From: Podarcis cretensis
Lineage: Eukaryota
Assembly: GCA_951804945.1 (NCBI GenBank)
Contig: OX638149.1
Span: 80,290,001 to 80,354,000 of the forward strand
Length of the DNA stretch: 64,000 nt
Reading direction: 5' to 3'
Part shown: one piece after another, positions 1-12,130 of the stretch
How positions within the stretch are numbered: position 1 is the stretch's first letter
Layout of the letters: each line of letters opens with the position of its first letter
Notes under the pieces: generated by a model
The model's input: the letters and a program-made list of their open reading frames with translations, nothing else
Databases searched by the model: none
Told to the model about the DNA's origin: nothing
Position numbers and translations under genes: made by a program

Positions 1-497
1 AACAATAAATGGAGAACTCACATGTTCAATCTGCAAATCATATTACCTCAAGCAAATCACCTAATAAAAGCTAATCTGAGTGATAAAAGGCAGCAATCAA
101 TCATTAAATGATGATTGATCGTAATGGCTGTCCATGTTGTTAATGAGTGAGAAATCTAATCAGCACATGAATAGTAAGATGTGGGAACACTTATATAATG
201 GTCTGGATAATTCAAGATTTTGGCAGCTGAATTTCTGTAGCTTTGGTTATAGGATTTAGCCTAAAGCCTCACCTGGTGCAGACAATGGAGATTAAACAAA
301 GTATAAATGAACGAGTCTACTTGGCCAAACATTCTGGTCCCAAGGGAATATTTGAAGCACAATTCCGAACACATTGTTTTATTTGAAAGGTGTTTTTTTA
401 AAGCAAGCAGAATTTGAGAGCTCAGATCTACGTTTTTATTTACTATTAATACACACAAGGTTTTATGTTTTCTAGATAGATAAAGCAAAGCAAATTA

Positions 498-791
<294 letters not shown>

Positions 792-3040
792 TCAAAGTGG
801 AGGCAGCATAAGATGGGAGAATGGGTCTCTGCTGTATGACTCCAATCACAGCCTGCTTTTTGATTTATAGTCTTTTTTTAAATTTATACATCACTCTGAC
901 CTTGGGGAATTTAGAGTTTTAAATGTAACAAACGAGGCCCCTAAACTTCAGTTTATACCAATTTATACCACATGAAACTATTTGGTGACATAATGATTAA
1001 TTCAGCATCACTGAATGTTCATAAAGAGCCACCAAATGACATGAAAGTTGTTTAGTGTCATTAGTACTATTAAATATATAACTAGAACGAAACAAATATA
1101 TTCTAAACAAGATTGGCAGGGTGGCAGCAGTGATGCTATTCTAGAAAGAAGCTAGTCCTCTATCTTATTTGTATTTGACCAAATGATCAGTGGTGCCTTT
1201 CAGATGAAGCCTACATGTCATCCTAAATGCCCCCACAAAACTTTTTGCAAGAGGTATATTGTATTTCATTTTATATTGGTCTTGCTTTGCACATTTCCAA
1301 CTGAAGCACACAATGTTTATTTAATCCTGAAAAGCTCAGGTTGGGAATATTTGCATATGCAAAATAAATTATAGAAATTGCCATGCATGCATTTAATTGG
1401 TATCCAAAGTCAATATTTGGGTTTTCAAAAGTTTTGCTCTATTCTGGCAAAAACAGGGAAGGAAGAAGACATCAGGGCCATACATTTGGAGCTGGTGAAA
1501 TGAGTCGTGGAAGCTATATAACCTGCCAACCAGAGAGCTAACAATGTTTTCTGTTGGTTAATGAATGCTGAGTAGATAAAGACTTCAATTATTGAAGACA
1601 CAGTTTCTCAAACTGGCCTTATACTTAGCACATGCTTGGTTGACTGTGACATGCAGAAATTGCTTTTGGGCAAATCTTTCTCTATTTTAATGATAAAGAG
1701 CCACATAGCTATCTCACTTCCCTTATAACATTAAACAACAGCTGCTTAAAATTAAAATATAATTGAAGCACAGTTGGAAGCATCAGTAGTATAGCCCTAC
1801 TTAACATAGCGGAGTTGTTTCCAATTGTATGCCAATAGTTGACTTGCAGACAAAGCTGCTTATGCGTTTGGTCAATGACCAGCATAAGGGAGCTATGATC
1901 TCTTGTGAGATTATGAATACTGTTCTGTGAAAGTGAAAAATCATGCAAGTAGACCATGTGCATGAGCTCTGTCTTGCTTAAAATGTGACCATGTTGTCAA
2001 AATTTATTAGCAGAGCCCCTTCCAGCTTCAGATTAGGCCTGAAACATGAGACAGAGCATCCCACTTGCTGTCCAGCATGGAGAACAGATATTGAAGGATC
2101 TCCTTTTTAAGGCTCTTAATTTCTAGGTTCTAAAAGTGCAAAAGGAAAAGCAGCCCATGCCGTAGGCAGATGGGAGCAGGGAAACACAGATGACCACTCT
2201 CTGAATAAATATTTGTACCACTGCTCTTTTAAAAGGTTAGAGCTAATAATTTCAGGCAGCCAAATTTTGTACCAACTTAAATTTGTAGTGGCACATGAAA
2301 TACACACACCTGCATAGTAAGAATGAATTACAAAGGATCTTTCTGTCAGTACTGTATAAAGATTATCTTTCAACACCATATACACATGCCTGAAGGTGGC
2401 AAACTTATTTCTGTCATTAGTTGCATATGGCTATGCAATACCAATAACCTTTTAGTAGTACAGTGTGTCTTGGGGCACAATGGTCAACCTTCTCCTTAGA
2501 TATGATAGAGCAGGATTATCAGATTTTTAATCTCAATTTTATCATTTTTATTAATATCCAAGACATAAGTAAATCAAAATTAAACTGAATAAACACAAGG
2601 TCCTAGCAACTATTTCCATGAACGCCAAGACCACAATCCATATCCTTGTGAAGTAAACAACAAATCTCCCACTGATTTCATAGCTGTAGAGTGTAGCATA
2701 ATCCCTTGTTTTTCTGGGACACAACATAAATGTGGAAAAATTGAGGTATGCACAATTTTTCTGATAATTCACATTTAATATAGAAGAATATTCACATTTA
2801 AGCATTTATTGGGACTTAAGATTTATTTCAGAAATAAGAAAGAATTATTCAACCACATTAATCTGTCATGCAATAAAGCAATTTGTTAACCAGAAACAAT
2901 GTAAATAGTTACAGAGAAAACAATATACTCAACAAATACATTTATTACATTAAAAATGCACACCACAATATTCCATAAGGAAACCAGAAATTACAAATAA
3001 TTAACTAGAGATCACTCCTATCACATTAGCATATACATAC

Positions 3041-3200
3041 ATCTGCTTGACCGTCTCTCAACGCCATTTTTGCCAGTCTTTGGATTTTCCTTTCCAGGGT
3101 GCTGCAATTTGGACTGGTTCTGATGGTGATCATTAGATAATCTGCTTCCATTTCTCCGGCCATTCACCACCATGTTCTTGGATTCTCCCAGCCACTTCAT
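3041..3200 (-). CDS. KMT5B: KMT5B first coding segment (ATG at 3200, 160 nt) within exon 3041-3276
   Basis: [34 protein letters not shown]...VERRSSR matches the vertebrate KMT5B N-terminus. Donor T|GTATGT at 3040; acceptor tctctttctgctAG at 3278-3277 gives 76 nt of 5'UTR in this exon. Confidence 0.97.
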
Positions 3201-3682
3201 TCCCACAGGCAATTTGTCCCCGTTGCATTTAGTCCTTCTTCCAAAGGCTTTAAGAAGTTAATTGTTGTTCAGCTTCCTAGCAGAAAGAGAATACACAATA
3301 GTCAAAAACACTGCTGTGATGTATTTATTTATTTACTGCATATGTCTGATTGCCTATAACTGACATACTGTGGGCAATGCACAGAATATTAGGTATTTGG
3401 AGAATGTAGAGACTGCTAAACACTTAATAATACCATAGCAGTGTACAACATTAAAACAAAAAACAACAGAACATATAAAATACAGTTCTGAAAAAAATAT
3501 ACTCCACAAATACTGTCTGTGAATGAACTCATCTTTACAGGAACCCTAAATTCCTATTGGCAAAAAAGAAAACATGAGCTATTTGACCCCTATTGTACAG
3601 TGTACAGACGTACTTGTAAATTCAGCTCAAACTAGTCATTTTTCAACTACCACTACAATACATTTAAGTTGCCAGAGTTCTA

Positions 3683-3845
3683 CAGTCGTAGCTTGGTTCT
3701 CGAACGCCTTGCAACTTGAAGGTTTTGGCTTCCGAACGCCACAAACCCAGAAGTGAGTGTTCCAGTTTGCAAACATTTTTGGGAAGCCGAATGTCCGATG
3801 CGGCTTTTGCGGCTTCCAAATGAACTGAGAACCAAGGTATGACGG
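3683..3845. mobile_element. Tc1/Mariner (Tigger-like) MITE
   Basis: TA flanks; imperfect TIRs CAGTCGTAGCTTGGTTCTC / GAGAACCAAGGTATGACGG. Confidence 0.8.
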
Positions 3846-3852
3846 TATATTA

Positions 3853-4028
3853 CAGTTGATGACCATTTCATGCAGGGGTTCCATTCCTGGCCTCAGAGTG
3901 CATATAAGCACACCCTGCCTCGTTCTCCTCTGTTCCACCCTTTTAATGATGTTTTAAGGTCACTTCCAGGTTTGGTGCACATGTGCAATCGTGCAAAATT
4001 CGGATGTGTGTTAATCAGTCATTGTCTG
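3853..4028. mobile_element. Older Tc1/Mariner-like MITE adjacent to the previous one
   Basis: TA-CAG...CTG-TA termini with degenerate TIR (cagttgatgac / gtcattgtctg). Confidence 0.5.
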
Positions 4029-7000
4029 TAATTCGTTTTCCAATAATATTGCCTGATCTGGGATTTGCTGTACTAACTCATGGAAGGGTCAACCACAAAG
4101 CTTAGACTAAGTGTTTGGAACATACAATAACAAAGTACCTTTTACTACCAGAATAAGTCTCAGCTTTTAAAATCCAGTCTTGTAAATTAAGTCCAGAAAA
4201 GTTAGCAGTCCTTTACAGAAGAAGGGGTTTTCCTTTCTCCATGACTAACATGTATAGCAGGTAGAGGAAGAACAGATTCCTCTGTCTTTTTCTCTACCAG
4301 TTCACTGCATTTCCATGCAAGATGTGATGCATGCCTTCCTTCACAGCCGCCACAGTATTCAGAAGGCTGGTGGAGGCAACAGAGTGATCTGTCTCTCTAC
4401 TATCAAGCTGCTCATTCACCTACATGGAAATCCATGCATTTCCTTGCATGAAATTCCTTACTGTGTAAAAGATACCAGGCAAAAGCCTGTTTTAAATGAC
4501 ATGAAAGCAAAAGTTTTAATCGTGGTAACTCAGTACACATAATTGCATTCATCTCTTTCAAATTACAAGCTGTTAACTACTGTTAGTCATTAAACTGACC
4601 ACTGGTTTCACAACTGACAATAATACAGAGAGCAAGCAACTCAGTATTTTCCAGTTCCCAATGCTCACCTATATTCCATATGTTGATGAGAGTAAGTGTT
4701 AGGCCTTAACTCTTTCATTTTTCTACTTTGAGGATTAAAAGCAACTCACAATTTACAAACATTTAAAGTGTGTGCATTTAGCTTCGTGTGTTTAGCAAAA
4801 AAAATAATTGAAATAAATAAAAGAGGAGGAGGGAAGGGGGCAAGTGTCCAAGAAAAAAGACTTTGGCAATCCCATCCGTCATCGAACCCAATACATTTTG
4901 ACTATATGCAATTTTGGCTATCCCTGGAATGTAACCCCAGTGTAAATTCAGAGTCACCTGTATTATATCTTCTGGAATAACTTTTTGCAGCACTGGTTCA
5001 GTATGAGAAATCATAACAAGAAACTGACTTGAAAAAGATGATTCATTGCAAGTACATATCTGCAGAAATGTAACTGCACTTCCCACTAATTACATTTTTG
5101 TTAAAAGAGATAACAGTCTGAAACACACACAGCAGCACTCTTAGTACTCAAACACTTATCCTTTTTGTAGGTTTGGTGAGGCACTCTGAAAGTAACAGGC
5201 AAAGGCTTTCAAGAGTGACCACCTTTCAAGAGTGACTCCAGGCTGAATCTTGATTTACTGCCTTTCACCAGCTGAGTTGTAGGGAGCCTTATTCCATTGC
5301 CTGAACAGAAGGAAAAGAAACAAGCAATAGTCTGGTCTAATCCATTGTGGACCAGCTACCAAGAGATCCACTCCAAAGCAAAAAGTGAAGGCAAAGTTGG
5401 GGATGAGCTGAAGTCAGCAGCCACTGAATTCATTTAGAAAGCAGACAGGAACATAAAGGAGTATGAAGCAGGATACAGGAACAGTATACTGCGATGTCAG
5501 CAGAGGGGACTGGATGCAAGTACAAAGTTCAGGAAGAAACTGTTGCAGAATTTGACAGGCCACCAAAGTAACCTATTGCTGTTCTGGAAGTACTCAGCAG
5601 TAGTCAGCATCAGTGTTCTACTGGCAAAGCAGCTGTAAAGGCATTGTGGAGCAGAGGTATCTGTATCTAGATCTGTGGTTGAATAATGGCTCATTGTTCT
5701 GGGGAAGGGCATCAAGTAAATGCTCAGGTTAACTGTTCTTTAGCATATCCACATAACTGCCTTCAGTCTGGACAAGATGCTTCTGGGTGGGCATGCAAGC
5801 CTGTCCATCAAAGGCTGCCAGTGGTCCCAAGCATTTAATGCAGCAACATTGCTGAAACTGTGGGTGTGGTCTCAATGAGTCCCTTTAATGGGAGACCACC
5901 AACAGCCCCATAGTAGAATGGGAAGTATATTAAATATTAAACCATATTTAAAGTGATTTTTAACAGACATGAAAAAGTCCGTCATCTTGATGGTTAGGGG
6001 TGTTGAAGTTGTCTGAATGATGGATTGGCTGCAGTCTTATGGCAGTTTCTAGAACAACTGCCTAGCATTGGATGCTTGTCCTAGAATGAGAAGAAATGTT
6101 TCAGTTTTATGCAGAATTATTGTCTAAAAATGTGGATGTTGCTCATTCCTGAAGACACAAGAAAGCTGCACAATATTCTCCTGCCCCCCCCCCCCACTTT
6201 TCAGAGTACATTCACTGGACTCTTGTGTTGTGTGCACCACTAGATGGGGTTTTTTTGGGGGGGCAGTTTCAGAAACATTTTTTCCTATGAAATTATTAGC
6301 ACTATTAGAGCTCTGAGTCCCAACTATTTTAAAAGGTCAAATTGATGGTGAGAGTCCACTGCTCTATGGGAGAGTATCTGCAAATTTGGGGGTGGTCCTT
6401 TGCTCATCTAAAACTTATTACCTGCTTGGGTCACAGCAATCCATCAATAGCTAGCTAGCTAGCTAGCTGGGAAGATTTTTTTTAAAAAAAGAATGGGCAA
6501 GACCTCATAATCACATTCCATTTTAACTGATCTAGATATCACCTGCTTACGTACCAAACTATCAAGATGGAGGGATCAAAGTCCTGAAAGGCATGCTTCT
6601 TAAAAACTCTTCAGTTTCTTCACTTTGATAAAATGTACTGGGCCTGTTTCATTTCCCCACCCATTTCTTTCAATTCCCCACAGAATTCTTCCAATACTGA
6701 TTTCAGATTGTCAAAGAACATGTAGGTATTCCAGCTTTGAGGTCTTCCAAACAGCTACATGTTCTAATGCACAAATCCAGACCATGGGGTTCATTATTAT
6801 TTGAAGTATTTAATCCCAAATGAAAGAAAACTGCTAAAAGTTGTTGAATAAAGTCTGTCAAGGCTATTCTCTATGAGTATCTCAAAGGATCTAACAATCT
6901 AGGTAAGAGCACAAAGCACCTGTAGCGGCTGGAGAGCCCCTCCCAGGGAGCAAACATTGCACTTAGGAAAACTGTGATTTGAATACTAAGTATCACAGTA

Positions 7001-10000
7001 TTTACATTATTTGCTAACTTTTTTAGTCTGATGTATTGTACCAAACACCAGTGGTTGAAAAATTGATGGGGACAGGCTATTAATAACAACCTATTTTAAA
7101 GGTTCATCAGAAGCAGAATAAATTGTTTAAACTAAAACATATACATCAGCCCAGGTATCCTAAGCCATCCAATAAATACAAACAAAAATGATCCTACCAT
7201 TTTGTACAAAAAAAAAATTGCTTCAGTACCACAGAGCACAGTCCTAGCAGCAGAGTTGGTTTAGAATAGGATTCTGTACTCAAGTGTAATCAAAACGTTT
7301 ACAGCTTCTGTTCATCACAGTATTGCAGGTGCTTTCAAACTCTGCTAGTGACTCTTACGTATTCAAACTGTACTAGGAATAAAAGGGAGGAGGCAAAGAC
7401 TGGAAGTTCAACATGTAGCATTCATTTCAGGTCTAAGCTAAACGAAAGGAAAAGGGGGGAGGAAGGGAAGCAGACTATAGGTCAAAGAGAGTATACATGG
7501 AAATAAGGATCTCATTAAAACAGGAACAAGTATTCCACTGATCCCTATAATCCAAGCGTGGACGTTATTTACCCATACTCAATTACTTTCAGTTGAATAC
7601 CCATTCTGTCCTAATATCCTTTTTACTTAAAACTGAATTGCTGTGGAAGTCTACCTTCAACTTCAGGAAGATAAAGAGTCACAAGATCTGTCCCTTTGAC
7701 CAGCTTTTTTCACTTGAGGTTGCCAATGACTCGATATTAAGATGAAGTCAGTGCAATTTAATTACATTATCAATGGCTCAGAATCTTTATAAGAAGAAGA
7801 CTTATAAATCTTGCTAGAAAAACTACTTACTACAACTGCAACTTGCCTACATTTATTGTTGGAAGCAAGGGCCACTGATTTTAAACGCAATTAATTGCAG
7901 ATAGCTCAATCCTGTATGTGTACCCGTGTACTCTAGAAAATTACAGAGCTGACCTACATGAAGCAGAAAACACCTCTTGACCCAGACCCAGGTCAGCCCA
8001 AAGTGATTAACCAAGATGTTTTCCACTTCAAATAGATCAATCCTGCAACTCGCCAGCAAAGTGATAGAGCTGACATGATGCACAAACTGATTGCACTAAA
8101 CGTAAGGTTGTAACTAGGGTATTATGCCAGAATCACATCAGCAATAGATACTGCATTTTTGCGCAATCCCATGGGTTAATAGGTATAACAGAGTAGTGCT
8201 CTGTAGATACATCACAATGACTGTTTCACACATTTATTTGATCAGAATAAAAAATATTAGAATCATGAAATAATATGGAGAATTTACAATTTAAACACCA
8301 AAATATCACCTAGTGGCTAGAATTAATTTTTAAAAATGAATTAAATGTTTTTTTATTTAATCCCTAAATTTAGTATCATCTAATTCTAGGACCTTAGACA
8401 TTAATGATAATTCGTAAAGTTTATTAATCTAGTCATTTACTAAAGGTAGTTTGGAGGCTGTCCATTTTTGGCAAAAACAAACAAACTACAGGACAAAAGT
8501 TTGGTGTATTTTTTTCTGTTTTTATGTTATTAGGCTCACTTTGGACATGTACCAAATACAACTACAACATAGTAAGTTCTAAAACAGTACAAGATAAAAA
8601 AAAACCTGCACACGAAGTGACTTACAGAGATTGAAAAATGAGTTTAAGAAGGCTGTCCTAATCCCTCACAGGCAACAGCATGGCTATGTGAAGTGGCACC
8701 ACAAACCACTGCATCCACAGCCCTGTTGCTCACATTAACCAGGGTGGAAGGTGTGGGAAGGAAAAACTGCCCCTATGCTCTGCCATCTCCCAGACTGGCA
8801 CAGCAAAGGAGTTGGATTGAGCAATTCAACTACTGCCATTTGATGCTAGCAGGGATAGGTCCTGTGCCAGTCCTGCCCCTGCCCCTTTCTGTCTCTGAAA
8901 TGCCCAACTTCAGGTGTTTCCTCTGGCTACCGCTGGAAGGGGTATTATCAGTGGCTGCTTATACCCACACTTTGGGAAATTTGGGCACTCCTTGCCAGTT
9001 GCCAGCAGGGCTGCCCTAGTGACAGAACAGGGAAGGGCTGGGCAGAGGGGCAACTTTGCTCCATCCAAACCCTCTCCAGCACAGAAGATTGGGGTTTTGG
9101 AATGCTCTGCCAATTGGGTTTTGCTACTTTCTTTTAAGTTTTATTTAACTAATACCTCATGAAATGTTATCTACATAGTCAAATCACACAGTTCAAGACT
9201 CATCCAACTCAAGAAAAAGCTTCTTAAATTCACTAATATGCAATAAAGCATTTAAGAATGCATCCTAGACAAGTTCTTACTTTAATTAAGCGTGCAAAGA
9301 AATGCCTCCTACATTTCCAATGAATTGGCATGAAAAACAAATGCAGAATATAACTTCTGTTATGATACACCATGAACAAACATTTATCCACAACAATGGT
9401 GGATATACTGTGTTACTATATTATTTAAATGCCTAAGGTAATCAAGGAAAAGGAGTCAATACTGAGACCTAAACAAATGCAAACAATATAGTAGTTGTCT
9501 GCCAAATTTATGGCAAGCTACTTCAACGAAATACTTTTCCAATTCTCCACAGCTCAAAAGGGTGTATACTTGTAATGGGTTCTAATGAAAGATATCACTG
9601 TATCTGTTTTGCATCCCTTCAACACAGCTCTCACAAAGAGCAGATGGTCTGAAATCTATCTAGGCTTCATCATTTCAGTAGGTGGGATTCATGTGATTGA
9701 ATACTGCTCTATTCAATTGCCTAGGCATAGAAACTAGGAGGTCAGAGAGGATTCTAGCCTAACCTCTCCCTAGTATTCTAGTTTTCTGTGTGTAGGCAAT
9801 AATTCTCCCACGTGGGACCCACCTGCAGCCTTCAATAGCTATTTGTAAGAAATAGTTCTGAGAACAATATATATAGGAGCGGTTTTCAAACCTACAGGGG
9901 CACTTTCTGTATTGACATCAGTAAGAAATCCCTGTGCATTGCAAATATTCAGCCTAATGGACAACATCATTGCCTTGCATGAACTGATTGAAGAACGCAG

Positions 10001-10311
10001 CCAGCAGTCCCATGCAGCTCTATACTGCAGGGCAACAGTGGTTGAGCAAGAGATTTATTAGGAAAGTCTGCTTGTGATCCCAATTAGCTTCTGAGAATGC
10101 TAAGATATCCATGAACAGAGTATAAAAATAATCAAACCACTCTACTCCCCATCACCTAGATCTCAGCATTTGCTTGTTCAAGCAAAAGGCAAGAACATAA
10201 TTTCCCACCAGTAACTCTATCAATTGCTTACCGATACTTCCTTCTGTTTCAAAACCACAATGTTCTTTAAAACAAACATTTTGGTGGAAAGGAAAAACTG
10301 CTTTCTCGGGT

Positions 10312-10452
10312 GAGAAGGCTGGGGAACCTGGGGCCCCGCAAATGTTCTTGGACTCCAATTCCTTAGCCTCAGCTAGCATGGTCAGTGGTCAAGGAAGATG
10401 ATGGAAGTTGCAATCCAGGAACATCTAGAGGGCTGCATGTTCCATACCCCTG
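10312..10452. mobile_element. Degenerate palindromic hAT MITE
   Basis: Resembles the copies at 28636, 40831 and 55316 (aacatctagagggc...ccctg end). Confidence 0.5.
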
Positions 10453-11945
10453 TAGGAGATTACTGATCATATTGTATTTAGAAGAAACTGGGTTCATTTT
10501 ACATATGAAAAAAAAACTAATAAAACCATCAACAAAAAATCATGGAATTTCAGTCAATAATTCAGTCAATAATTAAAAGACACTCTTTTATATTCATTCT
10601 TCAGTGATCAGGTGTCTGTGGTGGAAAAGCCAAAACAGGTTTCCTAGTTTAATAAGCATTTCTGCACACAGCTTTGTTCGAATCTCATGCAGAGCGAAAC
10701 TAGCCGGCAAATCCTGACAGCTGACAGGATTAGAACAAACTTCTTTTGCAGCTCAGCTGGATCAGGGAGGCAAGTCTATTCTACTTTCCGACCCTTAGCT
10801 GAAACTACGGTGCCCCCTAGAGGTCGCCTCTCGCCTTCTTCAAAGGCCGGGAGCAATGCTCCTCCACTCAAGGCAGCCCTGCCCGATCCAGTCACATCTG
10901 CTTTCCGTGTCGGGCACCGCTCCCCAAGCCCAGCTCAAACGCTGGGAAAACGAGACACCCAGGATCAAGCTGCCTTTTCGCCACCTATCACAGAAATCCC
11001 GTGCCAGCTCCACCTCTCCGAAGATCCGCATCCCCTTAAACGCCGAAGCAGCGCAGCAGGAGGAGGAGGGATGCCAGCTGTCACAGCCAACCGGGAGATG
11101 GGTGTGTTGCGGGTCTCACAGCCACTGGTGGCCCAGCGCCGCTTTCTGCGGGTGCTTCTAAAACCTAAATAGCCTAAGTGGACCGTCCGATCTTCGGGGG
11201 TGGCTCCCCTTCCCCTGCCAGACCCATAAAAGCGGTCCGAAGGCGCCCCGTGCGCAATACCATCTCGGGAAGCCAAGCAGAGGCCTAGGCCTGGATGGGG
11301 GAGTCACTTAGGAACCTCCATGAATATGACACTCTAGAGTTCAATGGAAATGCGGACGCAGCGGGCAGGTGTGCGATGAGCAGCACCTGGTGCCAGATCC
11401 CCGCTAAGGGCGGGGGGGATGCTCGGAGCACCTCGTCCTAGGCTGGACAGCTGCCCGACTGCTTCCCCAGGTGCGCTTCCCAAGTGCTGACACGACCCTC
11501 TCCGCCACCTCCAAGGAAAGGCTGCCTGGCTCTTCCTGCCGGCCCCAGCCATCCCCATCGCCTCCTTCGCCGCCCGCCCTCCCAGCCCCACCGTATTGTC
11601 CTCATCTATGGGGACCGGAGGGGGAACGAAGCGCACGATGCCATCTCTTTATTTGATGCCCTTTAGAGAAACAAAGCCCCTCCCCACATGTCTGCCCCCG
11701 AAGACCCTCGTCTCCTCCGTCACGAGAAGCAGGTTCCCCCCCCCACACACACTTCGCCAACGGGTCGTCGCCCCACCTCGGGCCCTGCCCAGCCTGAGGG
11801 GGCCTCGCTTCAATCCTGCCCCCTCCCCGGAAGGAGTGGGGCCCTCGCCGCGGCCGTGCCAGTTCCAGGACACCCCCCCCCAACACACAAACACACACAC
11901 ACACCTCCGTCCCCTCCCCTCGTTCCGCCTCCGCCAAGCACTCAC

Positions 11946-12130
11946 CTCCTAGCTGACCCTGGGCACTGCAGTCCTCTTCGCCAGCCGCGGCCCCGCAGGT
12001 CCACAAAGCCTCCGCCGCCGCCGTCCAGAATATCGGCCAGAGGCGAAAAAAAATAATCATCTATATATATAAAAATAATAATTCCAAGGGGAAAAATGGC
12101 GGATTAAAATCCAAGATGGCGGCGGCGAGG
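11946..12130 (-). other. KMT5B: Probable non-coding first exon of KMT5B (5' boundary approximate)
   Basis: Lies in the CpG island core and ends in a consensus donor GAG|GTGAGT at 11945-11940, giving an 8.7-kb intron to the acceptor at 3277. Confidence 0.65.
12093..12123. promoter_or_regulatory. Two tandem YY1 motifs
   Basis: AAAATGGCGG (12093-12102) and CAAGATGGCGGC (12112-12123) match the YY1 consensus near the inferred TSS. Confidence 0.65.
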
